Shown: positions 1 to 10,176, numbered from the stretch's first letter. The stretch: DNA of 32,000 nt from an uncultured Actinomycetota bacterium (GCA_963825645.1 CAWGTT010000011.1:32558-64557); one strand, 5' to 3'. Notes: generated by a model from the sequence alone, not told the origin. Program-made: numbers and translations.

Positions 1-354
1 ACAGCCGATACCGTGCTCGCCGGTCAGCCGATTCCTCGCGGCGACCTGGTCATCGCCTCCCTCGCCGCGGCGAACCGCGATCCCGCGGCCTGGCCGGAGC
101 CCGAGCGATACGACCTGGACCGGCCGGCGGGAGCGGACCATCTCGCCTTCGCTCATGGCCCCCACGCCTGCCTGGCCGCCGACCTGGCCCGCCGGCAGGC
201 GGTCGCGGTCCTGACCGAGCTCCTGCGCCGTCCTGGGCTCGGGCTGGATGCCGAGCTCTGCGACGTTCCACGAGGCCTGGTGTTTCGCCGGCCGGAGCGG
301 GTCACAGTGAGCGTCACGGCGAACTCGTCTGCGAGTCCTGGTCGTCGGGCATGA
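1..354 (+). CDS. cytochrome P450, C-terminal fragment (5' end lies outside the window)
   Basis: The frame is open from nt 1. The translation carries the heme-thiolate loop FAHGPHACLA (FxxGxxxC pattern) followed by L-helix-like sequence. TGA at 352-354. Confidence 0.85.
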   Translation, partial: TADTVLAGQPIPRGDLVIASLAAANRDPAAWPEPERYDLDRPAGADHLAFAHGPHACLAADLARRQAVAVLTELLRRPGLGLDAELCDVPRGLVFRRPERVTVSVTANSSASPGRRA

Positions 355-666
355 AGATCGTTTCGATCGCCTCGCCGAACGCCGAGGCGGGTGAAGGCAA
401 AGCGGCAGGCTCGGGTCGTAGCGCCCGGTCTCAGTCGCCCCACGCCCGGCAGACGACGTCGCCCGCGACCAGGCCCCGACCGCTGCCCGCGCGCTGAATC
501 GACCACCTAGGACAGCCGATAGCGACGGGGACGGTCGGTTCCTCTAGGGGCCCGCACATGACCAGGGGTGTAACGTTTCCAGCGGGAAGATTGTTGCTTC
601 GGCGTCGTCAACTGGCCGGTCGGCCGGCACGCTCAGGTGATTGGTCGCCCGGGCTGGGTGGGTTTG

Positions 667-948
667 ATGGAACCGGAGCGGGGCACGTATGCGAGGAACG
701 CCTATCGCACGACGCCCAACTATGAGATGAACGAACGGCGTCTGCTGCTGCGGGGGGGCACCTTGGACGGCCAGTTCTGGACGGGCGTCATCGCCGTGGG
801 AAAGCGGGTCTTCTGCGGCTCGCAGGAGTGGTCCATGGACAAGGTCTACCTGGTGACGCCCTCGGTTGAGATCGGGGCGGACGGTGCGCCGGCGAACGTC
901 GCCGTGCCGGCCTTCGCGGCCGAGCCCGCTCCCAGCGACCCGAGGTGA
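667..948 (+). CDS. small hypothetical protein
   Basis: ORF 637-948. Third-codon positions are strongly G/C, as in the neighbouring real genes, and the composition is not low-complexity (MEPERGTYARNAYRTTPNYEMNERRLLLRGGTLDGQFWTG...). The start could be ATG 667 or GTG 637. No family recognised. Confidence 0.4.
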   Translation: MEPERGTYARNAYRTTPNYEMNERRLLLRGGTLDGQFWTGVIAVGKRVFCGSQEWSMDKVYLVTPSVEIGADGAPANVAVPAFAAEPAPSDPR

Positions 949-982
949 CGTCAGGCCAGTCGCCCTGCGTCGCACAAGCTCC

Positions 983-1987
983 GTGAAGCTGGCCATCCTG
1001 GGGCCTGTGGCATGGCGAACACCTCCGCGCCACTACGGGCCCTGGGAACAGGTGGCCAGCCTGATCGCCGAAGGCCTGGTGGAACGCGGCCACGACGTCA
1101 CGCTGTTCGCCACCTTGGACTCGGTCACCGCTGCGACCCTGGACGGGGTGTGCCCGCGAGGCTACGCGGATGACGCCTCGGTGGACGGGCGGGTGTGGGA
1201 GGCGCTGCACGTGTCCCATGCGATGGCCCGGTCGGGCTCGTTCGACCTGGTCCACAACCATCTGGACTGGCTGCCCCTGGCCTTCGCCGACCACTGGCAA
1301 GCGCCTCTGCTCACGACTGTTCACGGGTTCAGCGGCCGAGGGATCCTTCCGGCCTACGTGCGGGCCCGGTCGGCCTACGTGGCCATCTCCGACGCCGATC
1401 GCAGCATCGAGCTGGAGTACGTGGCGACCATCCATCATGGGGTCGACCTTGGTTCACTGCCGGTCAGCACTGACCCTGGCCCCGACCTGGTGGTGTTCGG
1501 CCGCGTTCACCCCGACAAGGGCACTGCCGACGCCATCGCCATCGCCCGCGCCGCGGGACGGCGCCTGCTGATCGGTGGGATAGTCCAGGACGCCGCGTAC
1601 TACGCGACTCAGGTCCAGCCGCACATCGACGGAGAGTCGGTGGTGTACCTCGGTTCGGTCGGGCCGGCCCAGCGTGCCGAGGTGCTCGGTTCGGCGGCGG
1701 TCTTGCTGCACCCGATCGCTTTCGACGAGCCGTTCGGGCTGTCCGTCGTGGAGGCGATGGCGTGCGGCACACCGGTGGTGGCCTACCGGCGCGGGTCGAT
1801 GCCCGAGGTCGTCGACGAGGGCGTGACCGGATTCCTCGTCGACGACGCCGCAGCGGCTGTGGTCGCCGTCGACCGCGCGGCCGGGCTCGACCGGCTGGCG
1901 GTCAGTGCTTGCGCCGCAACACGTTTCGGCGCTGGACGGATGGTGGATGACTATGAGCGACTCTACCGGCGGTTGCTGTCGTCATGA
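983..1987 (+). CDS. glycosyltransferase family 4 (GT-B, retaining type)
   Basis: N-terminus VKLAILGPVAWRTPPRHYGPWE, typical of GT4 enzymes. EX7E-type motif in FDEPFGLSVVEAMACGTPVVA. GTG 983 is the only plausible start just ahead of the conserved N-terminus. Confidence 0.85.
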   Translation: MKLAILGPVAWRTPPRHYGPWEQVASLIAEGLVERGHDVTLFATLDSVTAATLDGVCPRGYADDASVDGRVWEALHVSHAMARSGSFDLVHNHLDWLPLAFADHWQAPLLTTVHGFSGRGILPAYVRARSAYVAISDADRSIELEYVATIHHGVDLGSLPVSTDPGPDLVVFGRVHPDKGTADAIAIARAAGRRLLIGGIVQDAAYYATQVQPHIDGESVVYLGSVGPAQRAEVLGSAAVLLHPIAFDEPFGLSVVEAMACGTPVVAYRRGSMPEVVDEGVTGFLVDDAAAAVVAVDRAAGLDRLAVSACAATRFGAGRMVDDYERLYRRLLSS

Positions 1988-2251
1988 CCAGCGCGGGCCA
2001 CCGGCACCGCTGTGCGGCCGCGCACGGGAACGGTGGGTAGGTAGAGGACTGCTATGGTGCGAACGGCGGTTGTTCATGATGAGCGAAAGCCGCGAGGTCC
2101 TTTTGGCCTCCGTCCTCCTCACGCCGATCGTGCCCTGTCGCTGGCAGGCGCTCGCCGCGCCGGTTGCCGGCGGGCCACGCGCATCATGCCAGGCCCAAAG
2201 GCGGGCCCGCCATAGCCCGATCACGGCCCTGCGTTCGGTCCTGGAGGACCC

Positions 2252-3532
2252 ATGTCTGCGCGTTCTCGTCACGGCACATCCGTGTTGACCGGCTTCACCA
2301 CGCCTAGATGGGCAGTTGTCAGCACCTTCCAGCCCACCCAGTGCGGCATCGCCACGTTCACCCACTCGCTGGTCGAGGCGTTGTCCGCGCTCGGAACACA
2401 CGTCGACGTCGTCAGGATGGTGGACGCCGCCGAACCTCGCTGCGTTCCTCCAGTGGCCCACGAACTGGTCAGGGGTGCCCCCGCGGCCACTGCAGCGGCC
2501 GCGGAGCTGCTGAACGGGTACGACGTGGTCGTCGTTCAGCACGAGTACGGCATCTACGGCGGGCCGGACGGCGGTGATGTGCTCGCGCTGCTCTCGCAGC
2601 TGAGCGTCCCGGTTCTGACGGTGCTGCACACCGTCCTCTCGGAGCCGAGCGCGCACCAACGCGACGTGCTGCGGTCGGTGGTTACGGCGTCCGACGTGCT
2701 GGTGACGATGACCCATACGGCGCGCCGGCGGTTACTCGAGTCCTACGTCGTCGATCCCGCGGCTGTCCTGGTGATCCCGCACGGAGCGGCCGACGACCTC
2801 GTCTCGCATGCCCGACTGGTATCGCCCCACCCGGCGATCGCCCAGGTGAACCCCACGGGTCCCGGACGACGCCTTGCCAGGGTGACGGGCCGGCCCGTCG
2901 TCCTCACCTGGGGTCTGCTGGGACCGGGCAAGGGCATCGAATGGGGGATCGAGGCCATGGCCGACCTGGAGGACCTGGCCCCTCGCCCCGTGTATGTCGT
3001 TGCCGGCCAAACCCATCCGCGGGTGCTGGAGCGCGAGGGCGAGGCCTATCGTCGGCGGCTGGAGGCCCGGGTATCGGCGCTGGGACTGGCCGGTGACGTG
3101 GTGTTCGACAACGGCTTCCTGGACGCCGAGCGCCTGCACCGCCTCGTAAGTGCCGCCGACGTGGTGCTGCTGCCCTACGACTCCCGCGAGCAGGTCACCT
3201 CCGGGGTGCTCATCGAGGCCGTGGCCGCTGGACGACCGGTGGTCTCCACCCGGTTCCCCCATGCAGTGGAACTCCTCGGCGCAGGGTCGGGGCTGCTCGT
3301 GGACCAACGCGACCCCCAGGCGATCGCGGCCTCGTTGCGTCGCGTCCTGACCGAGCCCGGGCTGGCCGGCGCCCTGTCCGCCCACTCACGCCTGATCGCC
3401 CCGTCCCTGTCGTGGGGCAGCGTCGCACTGCGCTACTTGGCGGCAGGCCGTGTCCTTCGACCGCGCCGGCACCGCGACGTCACAGCGATCGACGTCATCG
3501 CGGCGCCGGCGACAGCGGCCGTGGTGGCGTGA
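2252..3532 (+). CDS. glycosyltransferase family 4
   Basis: GGAGGA Shine-Dalgarno at 2242-2247 ahead of ATG 2252. GT-B C-terminal signature LLPYDSREQVTSGVLIEAVAAGRPVVST. The stop overlaps the next start (GTGA at 3529-3532). Confidence 0.85.
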   Translation: MSARSRHGTSVLTGFTTPRWAVVSTFQPTQCGIATFTHSLVEALSALGTHVDVVRMVDAAEPRCVPPVAHELVRGAPAATAAAAELLNGYDVVVVQHEYGIYGGPDGGDVLALLSQLSVPVLTVLHTVLSEPSAHQRDVLRSVVTASDVLVTMTHTARRRLLESYVVDPAAVLVIPHGAADDLVSHARLVSPHPAIAQVNPTGPGRRLARVTGRPVVLTWGLLGPGKGIEWGIEAMADLEDLAPRPVYVVAGQTHPRVLEREGEAYRRRLEARVSALGLAGDVVFDNGFLDAERLHRLVSAADVVLLPYDSREQVTSGVLIEAVAAGRPVVSTRFPHAVELLGAGSGLLVDQRDPQAIAASLRRVLTEPGLAGALSAHSRLIAPSLSWGSVALRYLAAGRVLRPRRHRDVTAIDVIAAPATAAVVA

Positions 3533-4533
3533 GCACGGCGGCGCCTCTGTTCAGTCACCTGCTGGCGATGACGGACGCGACGGGGCTGTTCGAGCACGCG
3601 CTGCTCACCCGCCCCCGCATCGAGCACGGGTACTGCGTGGACGACGCTGCCCGCGGCCTGGTCGTCCTGTCCCGAGCCGACGCCCCGTCCCAGGTCGCTT
3701 GGACCTACCTGCGATTCGTCGCCGCCTCGCAGGATCGCCGCGGGCGGGTCGTGAACCGTTGCGACGCCGAGGGTGTGCGGCGTGGGGAACACGGGGTCGA
3801 GGACTGCTGGGGCCGGGCGCTGTGGGGATTGGGCGCGACCGCTGCACGCAGCAGCGACGACGTGTTGGCCGGGCGGGCGATGTCCCTGTTCGGGATCGGC
3901 GTCGCCGAGCGATCCCCCTGGGCCCGTGCCATGGCGTTCGCGGGTCTCGGGGCCGCCGAGGTGCTCCGCGTGGACTCCTCGCACGCCGGTGCCAGGTCGT
4001 TGCTGGCCGCCGCCGCGACGAGTGTGGGACGGCCGGGCGACGACCCGTCCTGGCCCTGGCCCGAGCCGCGACTGACCTATGCCAACGGGGTCGTCCCGGA
4101 CCTGTTGATGGCTGCCGGCGACGCGCTCGGGGACGGCGCCCTCGTCGAGGACGGTCTTGCGCTGCTGCACTGGCTCGTGGACGACCAGACCCTGAACGGG
4201 CACCTGTCGGTCACGCCGGTCGGCGGGCGGGGGCGGGGCGACGCGCAACCGGCCTTCGACCAGCAACCCATCGAAGTGGCGGCCCTGGCAGATGCCTGCG
4301 CGCGGGCCCACGAGCTGACCGGCGACCGGCGATGGGCCGAGGCCGTCGACGTCGCCGCCGCCTGGTTCTTCGGCGCCAACGACGCCGGGGCGCCGCTCTA
4401 CGATCCGGTGTCCGGCGGATGCCGCGACGGGCTGGAAGCCAACGGCTGCAACGAGAACCAGGGAGCCGAGTCCACCCTCGCCCTCATCTCTACCCTCCAG
4501 CAGGCCAGCCATCTGGCATCGGTGCGCGCGTGA
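3529..4533 (+). CDS. conserved hypothetical protein of the GT4/GH130 operon (helical; possibly an alpha/alpha-toroid carbohydrate-processing fold, unverified)
   Basis: GTG 3529 overlaps the upstream TGA (GTGA). High GC3. W/G-rich helical sequence ending ...GLEANGCNENQGAESTLALISTLQQA. Its own stop overlaps the next gene's GTG (4530-4533). Confidence 0.6.
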   Translation: MSTAAPLFSHLLAMTDATGLFEHALLTRPRIEHGYCVDDAARGLVVLSRADAPSQVAWTYLRFVAASQDRRGRVVNRCDAEGVRRGEHGVEDCWGRALWGLGATAARSSDDVLAGRAMSLFGIGVAERSPWARAMAFAGLGAAEVLRVDSSHAGARSLLAAAATSVGRPGDDPSWPWPEPRLTYANGVVPDLLMAAGDALGDGALVEDGLALLHWLVDDQTLNGHLSVTPVGGRGRGDAQPAFDQQPIEVAALADACARAHELTGDRRWAEAVDVAAAWFFGANDAGAPLYDPVSGGCRDGLEANGCNENQGAESTLALISTLQQASHLASVRA

Positions 4534-6101
4534 GCACCCCGACCGCGAGGACGCCAGAGCCGCCCCGGCAGGAGTCGGGCGTGCCGATGGTTGCGCGCAG
4601 CGACATCCTCCTGCGGCCCGACCCACGCCGGGTCATCGCCCGCTTGTTCCTCCCCGGTCAGGAGGCCAGCTCCACCGGCCAGTCACGCGCGGCCGTCGTC
4701 GTGGCAAGGTGTCTGGAGATCAACGACACCGAGGCTCGCGAAACGCTCGAGCAGGTCCTCAGCGACTACGCTCCACGACACCGTCGATTCCTTGACATCC
4801 TGGACGCCAACTTCGCCGCGGTCGAGCATCGCGTGGATCACGTCGGGAGCCTGTCCCGGGTGCGGCGACGTCTCATCGGTGCCTACTTCACCCAGGAGTA
4901 CGCGATCGAAGCCGCAGCTCTGTTCAACCCGTCCGTGGTCCCCCATCCGGACCAGGACCGGGACCGGGGCAACCTTCGGTTCGTCTTGAGCGCCCGCGCG
5001 GTGGGCGAGGGGCACTTCTCGAGCATCGTCTTCCGATCCGGGACCGTGAGCGCGGGGCCCGCAGGCCTCGTGGCGGAGCTGGACACCGGGTCCGTGCAGG
5101 CGACGTCGGGAACGCGTCAGGTCGGCCTGGTCGACCGGGAGCGGCTCGCCCATGAAGCCACGGCCGCTGGTGCCGACGCTGAGAGCCTGCGCTTCGTCCT
5201 GGCCGACCTGCCTCCACGGTTCGCTCTGGCAGAACTCGACGAGGCGCTCGAGCGGCTTCGCGACCAGAGTCTGACCCGCGTCCACGCCGAACTCACGATC
5301 TCGTCGATGCGGCGAGCGGCCGAGGCGTCCTATGAAGTCGTCTTCGACGCCGACACGGACCTGTCCGAACGGACCCTGCTCCCGGGGGCGGCGGCCGAGA
5401 GCCACGGCATGGAAGATGCCCGGTTTGTGCGGTTCGCCGAGGACGACGGCACTGCGACGTACCTGGCCACCTACACCGCCTTCGACGGCGCGCATATCGC
5501 TCCCGCGCGTCTGCAGACCGACGACTTCCGGGTCTTCCGAGCGAGCCCGTTCACCGGCCGGGCTGCAGTCAACAAGGGCATGGCTCTCTTCCCCCGCCGG
5601 GTCGGGGGACGCCACCTGGCGCTGTCTCGCTGGGACCGCGAGAACAACGCCCTGGCGATCTCCGACGACGGCTACGACTGGGACGACGCCGTGGAGATCC
5701 AGGCGCCCAGTCGGCCGTGGGACCTCATCCAGCTCGGGAACTGCGGCCCTCCCTTGGAGACCCCCGCCGGCTGGCTGGTGCTCACCCATGGTGTCGGCCC
5801 GATGCGCGGCTATGCCCTGGGAGCGGTCCTGCTCGACCTGGACGACCCGTCCCGTGTCGTGGGCGTTCTCCCCGAACCACTGCTGCGCCCCGCACCCGAC
5901 GAACGCGACGGGTACGTCCCGAACGTCGTATACACCTGCGGCGCCCTGCAGTTCCAGGGGTCGCTGCTCCTGCCCTACGGCTGTAGCGACGCCAGCATCC
6001 GGGTGGCGTTCGTCGACCTGGCGGCCCTGCTGGACGACCTGTTGCGGCATCCACCCCGTACGGCCGCCGACAACCCCCCTGAAGGGAACGACCTCCCATG
6101 A
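4530..6101 (+). CDS. GH130-family glycosidase/phosphorylase-like protein with a roughly 250-aa N-terminal extension
   Basis: The C-terminal half looks like the GH130 beta-propeller (TYLATYTAFDG..., GMALFPRRVGGRHLALSRWDRENN, GWLVLTHGVGPMRGYALGAVLLDLDDPSRV, YVPNVVYTCG). GTG 4530 overlaps the upstream stop; ATG 4587 is an alternative start. Confidence 0.8.
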   Translation: MSTPTARTPEPPRQESGVPMVARSDILLRPDPRRVIARLFLPGQEASSTGQSRAAVVVARCLEINDTEARETLEQVLSDYAPRHRRFLDILDANFAAVEHRVDHVGSLSRVRRRLIGAYFTQEYAIEAAALFNPSVVPHPDQDRDRGNLRFVLSARAVGEGHFSSIVFRSGTVSAGPAGLVAELDTGSVQATSGTRQVGLVDRERLAHEATAAGADAESLRFVLADLPPRFALAELDEALERLRDQSLTRVHAELTISSMRRAAEASYEVVFDADTDLSERTLLPGAAAESHGMEDARFVRFAEDDGTATYLATYTAFDGAHIAPARLQTDDFRVFRASPFTGRAAVNKGMALFPRRVGGRHLALSRWDRENNALAISDDGYDWDDAVEIQAPSRPWDLIQLGNCGPPLETPAGWLVLTHGVGPMRGYALGAVLLDLDDPSRVVGVLPEPLLRPAPDERDGYVPNVVYTCGALQFQGSLLLPYGCSDASIRVAFVDLAALLDDLLRHPPRTAADNPPEGNDLP

Positions 6102-6610
6102 CGACGCCCTCCTGGAACCCCTTCCAGCACCCCGACCTGGCCGCAGGCCAGACCACTGGACTGCTTACCCCGGCGACCGACGAGCCCGCCGGACGTCACC
6201 TCGGTGGTGATGCCGGCACGGCCATCAACGCTGTCGAAGAGTTCGAACGGGTCGACAAGCCGTGGGGATACGAACAGATCACCGCCCTCCTCGAAGGGAA
6301 GTACGTCGGCAAGGTGCTGTGTATCACCGCCGGCAGTGCGCTGTCCCTGCAACACCACTTGAGGAAAGAGGAGACGCTGGCAGTGGCGAACGGCCGGGTC
6401 AGCATCGAGCTCGGCCCCGACTCCGCACACCTGAAGACCTTCACCCTCGAGGCCGGACAGCGCCTTCTCATCCGCGCCGGCGTCGTCCACCGCATCACGG
6501 CGATCACGGATGCCCAGGTGATCGAGACCTCGACCGCCTATCCCGGCTGGCGCGAGGACATCGTCCGACACCAGGACCTCTACGGACGCCAAGGCACCAC
6601 CAGGCCCTGA
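6098..6610 (+). CDS. cupin-domain protein (like the C-terminal cupin of type II mannose-6-phosphate isomerase)
   Basis: ATGA overlap with the GH130 stop. Cupin motifs PWGYE...GSALSLQHHLRKEE...VVHRITA. Confidence 0.75.
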   Translation: MTTPSWNPFQHPDLAAGQTTGLLTPATDEPAGRHLGGDAGTAINAVEEFERVDKPWGYEQITALLEGKYVGKVLCITAGSALSLQHHLRKEETLAVANGRVSIELGPDSAHLKTFTLEAGQRLLIRAGVVHRITAITDAQVIETSTAYPGWREDIVRHQDLYGRQGTTRP

Positions 6611-6926
6611 CGCTGCCGGTGCACGGGGTCCGTGCCGCACCTGAGACAGGCCCGCCTGACCAGGGCACCGGCCGATCGCGCCGGCGAGGAGTTCCCCCCA
6701 TCCGGGGGCGGAACATCGTGCGCTGATCCACCACCGCGAGAATCGGTTCCGTGCACCGGCGGCCTGCACTCCTGTTGTCAGGACGCCGGATGGGTGGCGT
6801 TCTGCGCTCACGCCCAATCGGACGTGGTCGGTGACGGAGGGGACCTACTACCTGCCGTCGTCCTACGCGTCGAGGCGACGATGACGTGACCACGTTCGCC
6901 GAATGGCCTGAGGATGACGGGCGAGG

Positions 6927-9701
6927 ATGAACGACGACACGCGAAGGCCGGTGGGCACTTCGGTGAGCGACGAGCCGGTGCGGCCGGCACGGTCCACTCG
7001 CCATGACCACCATGGCCTGGCGGCCCACGAGGTCGTGTCGTTGCTCGGGTCGGACGCCGACCGCGGCCTGACCGAGCAGGAGGCCGCCCGGCGTCGGGAG
7101 CGCTTCGGGCCGAACGAGCTGCCGCAGGCGAAGGGGCCGGGGGTGCTGGTCGTGTGGCTGCGCCAGTTCCATCACCCGCTGATCTACGTGCTGCTGGCTT
7201 CCGGCGCGGTGACGCTGGCCTTGGGTGAGCCGGTGGACGCGAGTGTGATCTTCGCGGTCGTGCTGGTCAACGCGGTGATCGGGTTCATCCAGGAGTCGAA
7301 GGCGCAGGCTGCGCTGGACTCGTTGCGGGCGATGGTGCGCACCGACGCACGGGTCCTGCGGGACGGCCGGGAAGTCGCGATCCCATCGCACGACGTGGTG
7401 CCTGGGGATCTGGTGGTAATCGAGGCGGGTGAGAAGGTCCCGGCGGACCTTCGCCTGGTGCGGGTCAGCGAGCTGGGCGTTGATGAGTCCGCGTTGACCG
7501 GGGAGTCGGTCCCCGTGGTCAAGGACGAGGTGGTGCTGCCCGACACGACGGTGGTCGCCGACCGGCGCAATATGGTCTACTCCGGGACCCTGGTGACCAC
7601 GGGAGTTGGGGCGGGGATCACGGTGGCCACCGCCGCGCAGACCGAGCTGGGGGAGATCCACCGCCTGGTGGGGACCGCCGCGACGCTGGCGACGCCGTTA
7701 ACGCGCAAGCTCGCACGGTTCAGCACCGTCCTGACGGTCGCGATCCTGGCGCTGGCAGCCATCACGTTCGGGATCGGGCTGGTCAGAGGGGAGCCTGCGG
7801 CCGAGATGTTCACGGCTGCAGTCGCGCTGGCGGTCGGGGCCATCCCGGAGGGGCTGCCCGCGGCAGTGACGATCACCCTGGCGATCGGCGTGGCCAGGAT
7901 GGCGCGGCGCCGCGCGGTGGTGCGCCGGCTGCCGGCGGTGGAGACGCTGGGTGGCACCACCGTGGTCTGTTCGGACAAGACCGGGACGCTGACCGAGAAC
8001 CAGATGACGGTGCGCGCCGTGTGGACCGCGGGCGAGGGGTTCTCGGTGACCGGTGTGGGGTTCGAACCCGACGGGCAGATCCTTGACGGGGCCGGTTCCG
8101 CGGTGGCTGCGGCGTCCCGGGAGGCGCTGCGGTGGTGCCTGCTGGCTGGGGCCGCGTGCAACGACGCCGCGTTGACCCGCGAGAGCGGCCGATGGGTCGC
8201 CGTAGGTAACCCGACGGAAGCGGCGATGCTCGTGACCTGCGCCAAGGGCGGCCTGGATCCGGACGAGGTGCGACAGTCGCTCCCCAGGGTCGGGTTGATC
8301 CCCTTCAGCTCCGAACGCCAGTACATGGCCACACTGCACGATGAACCGGGCCACGACGGTCAGGTGGTGTTCGCCAAAGGCGCGGTCGAGCGGATCCTGG
8401 ACCTGTGCGGCGCCCAGCTGGGTCCCGACGGGACACGCCTGCCGCTGGACATGGACGCCGTCCTGAACGCGGCGGAACAGCTGGCCGGCCAGGGACTGCG
8501 GGTGCTGGCGACCGCATCCCAACGCCAGCCCGGCCCCGCGGCGTCCGGCTCGTTCGACGTCGCGTCGCTGCCGCGCACGCTGACGTTCACGGGCCTGCAG
8601 GCGATGAACGACCCTCCTCGGTCCGCCGCGATCGCGGCCGTACACAGCTGCCACGTCGCCGGCATCTCGGTCAAGATGATCACCGGTGACCACGCCGCCA
8701 CCGCCGCAACCATCGCCGGGCAGATCGGCCTGCTGGATACCCGCTCCGAACGCAGCGACGGGCAGGTGCTGACCGGCGAGGACCTGGCCGCCCTGCCTCC
8801 ACACGAGTTTCCGGCCGCCGTGGAGAACGCGTCGGTGTTCGCCCGGGTGTCCGCGGAACAGAAGCTGCGGCTCGTCGAGGCGCTGCAGTCCCGCGACCAT
8901 GTCGTGGCCATGACCGGGGACGGCGTCAACGACGCCCCCGCGCTGCGCCGCGCCGACATCGGGGTGGCCATGGGCCGCAGCGGCACCGAGGTCGCCAAGG
9001 ACGCCGCCGACATGATCCTGCTGGACGACGACTTCGCCACCATCGAGGCGGCGGTGGAGGAAGGCCGGGGCGTCTTCGACAACCTCACCAAGTTCATCGT
9101 CTGGACCCTGCCGACGAACATCGGCGAGGGGATGGTCATCCTGGTCGCCATCGTGGCGGGAACGACGCTGCCGATCCTGCCCGTACAGATTCTGTGGATC
9201 AACATGACCACCGCCGTCGCTCTGGGCCTGATGCTCGCATTCGAACCGAAAGAGGCCGGGATCATGCAGCGCCCGCCACGCTCCCCCAGCCGGCCCCTAC
9301 TGACCGGTGCCCTGGTCGTCAGGATCCTGCTGGTGTCCACGCTGCTCGTGGCGGGCTCGTGGTGGCTGTTCGAATGGGAGTCGGCCAACGGCGCCGGCGT
9401 GGCCCAGGCCCGGACCGCCGCGGTCAACCTCTTCGTGGCCGTGCAGCTGTTCTACCTGTTCAGCTGCCGTTCGCTGACCCGCTCGATCTGGCGACTCGGC
9501 CTGTTCAGCAACCGTTGGGTCCTCGGCGGGGTGAGCGTCCAGATCCTGGCCCAACTGGCGATCACCTACCTGCCGGCCATGAACACCGTGTTCCGCACCG
9601 CCCCGATCGGGATCGACGTATGGGCCAGGATCTTCGCACTCGCCGTGGCCGCCTTCCTCGTCGTTGCCCTGGACAAGCGGATTCGCCACGGGGTGATGTA
9701 G
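6927..9701 (+). CDS. cation-translocating P-type ATPase, type II (Ca2+/Mg2+-like)
   Basis: Full set of P-type signatures: LTGES (actuator), PEGLP (TM4), CSDKTGTLT (phosphorylation site), KMITGDH, TGDGVNDAPAL. 924 aa with C-terminal TM helices. Confidence 0.95.
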   Translation: MNDDTRRPVGTSVSDEPVRPARSTRHDHHGLAAHEVVSLLGSDADRGLTEQEAARRRERFGPNELPQAKGPGVLVVWLRQFHHPLIYVLLASGAVTLALGEPVDASVIFAVVLVNAVIGFIQESKAQAALDSLRAMVRTDARVLRDGREVAIPSHDVVPGDLVVIEAGEKVPADLRLVRVSELGVDESALTGESVPVVKDEVVLPDTTVVADRRNMVYSGTLVTTGVGAGITVATAAQTELGEIHRLVGTAATLATPLTRKLARFSTVLTVAILALAAITFGIGLVRGEPAAEMFTAAVALAVGAIPEGLPAAVTITLAIGVARMARRRAVVRRLPAVETLGGTTVVCSDKTGTLTENQMTVRAVWTAGEGFSVTGVGFEPDGQILDGAGSAVAAASREALRWCLLAGAACNDAALTRESGRWVAVGNPTEAAMLVTCAKGGLDPDEVRQSLPRVGLIPFSSERQYMATLHDEPGHDGQVVFAKGAVERILDLCGAQLGPDGTRLPLDMDAVLNAAEQLAGQGLRVLATASQRQPGPAASGSFDVASLPRTLTFTGLQAMNDPPRSAAIAAVHSCHVAGISVKMITGDHAATAATIAGQIGLLDTRSERSDGQVLTGEDLAALPPHEFPAAVENASVFARVSAEQKLRLVEALQSRDHVVAMTGDGVNDAPALRRADIGVAMGRSGTEVAKDAADMILLDDDFATIEAAVEEGRGVFDNLTKFIVWTLPTNIGEGMVILVAIVAGTTLPILPVQILWINMTTAVALGLMLAFEPKEAGIMQRPPRSPSRPLLTGALVVRILLVSTLLVAGSWWLFEWESANGAGVAQARTAAVNLFVAVQLFYLFSCRSLTRSIWRLGLFSNRWVLGGVSVQILAQLAITYLPAMNTVFRTAPIGIDVWARIFALAVAAFLVVALDKRIRHGVM

Positions 9702-9733
9702 AACTTCCTGGATCAGCCCTGGGCGGACGCCGC

Positions 9734-10138
9734 TCAAGGCCGCTGTGATCGCCCGGTCAGTCGCCGCCACCGGGCTACCACGGCGTCGACGTCCACTCGG
9801 TGCGGATAGATTGGCGGCTCGGAACTGCTTCGGGGACGGGCGAACTCGGCCGCGACCCGGCGGTTGAAGTCGGCCAGGACGGCGCGCACGCCGGCCTCGT
9901 CGGGCAGGTCGAGCAGCGACTCGGGGAAGCCCTCCGCCTCCTTACGCAGCAGGATCGACGGTGGCAGCACGGCGGACGGGTCGAGGTTCTCGCGGCGGAG
10001 GTATCGCTTCAGCCACCAGTCGGGATCGTCGGCGTCGCGCAGGTCCAGCGGCTTGCCGGCACCGGGGAGGTTGTCGAACTCCCCACGGGCCTGGGCCTCA
10101 CGGATCCTGCGCTCCGCGAGCGACTCCGCACCGTCCAT
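9734..10138 (-). CDS. DUF1992 (DnaJ-C28-like) domain protein
   Basis: Hallmark motif AERRIREAQARGEFDNLPGAGKPL directly after ATG 10138. The longer ORF extending to 10513 is Arg/Pro-rich and overlaps the LysR gene. Confidence 0.8.
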   Translation of the reverse strand: MDGAESLAERRIREAQARGEFDNLPGAGKPLDLRDADDPDWWLKRYLRRENLDPSAVLPPSILLRKEAEGFPESLLDLPDEAGVRAVLADFNRRVAAEFARPRSSSEPPIYPHRVDVDAVVARWRRLTGRSQRP

Positions 10139-10176
10139 GCCGTCATCTCCCGCCTCAGACTTCGGGTGCGTCGAGC

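Noticed and set aside
1905-2288. 127-aa ORF spanning the 264-bp gap between the two GT4 genes (possible 74-aa peptide from ATG 2067)
   Set aside because: It would overlap the well-supported GT4 start (ATG 2252, with GGAGGA) by 37 nt. It has no motif and no Shine-Dalgarno. GC3 alone is not convincing in this genome.
3433-6050. Long minus-strand ORFs (3433-4626, 397 aa; 4683-6050, 455 aa) antisense to the hypothetical and GH130 genes
   Set aside because: Their Arg/Gly/Pro-rich, low-complexity translations are typical of shadow ORFs in GC-rich DNA. The plus-strand frames carry recognisable domains and start/stop coupling.
6611-6926. 316-bp leader upstream of the P-type ATPase, examined for a metal riboswitch (M-box-like) and a terminator after the cupin gene
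   Set aside because: I could not recognise any conserved riboswitch core. The only structure is an imperfect bulged hairpin (ggtgcacgg...ccgtgccgcacc, about 6613-6640) without a U-tract, which is too weak to call.
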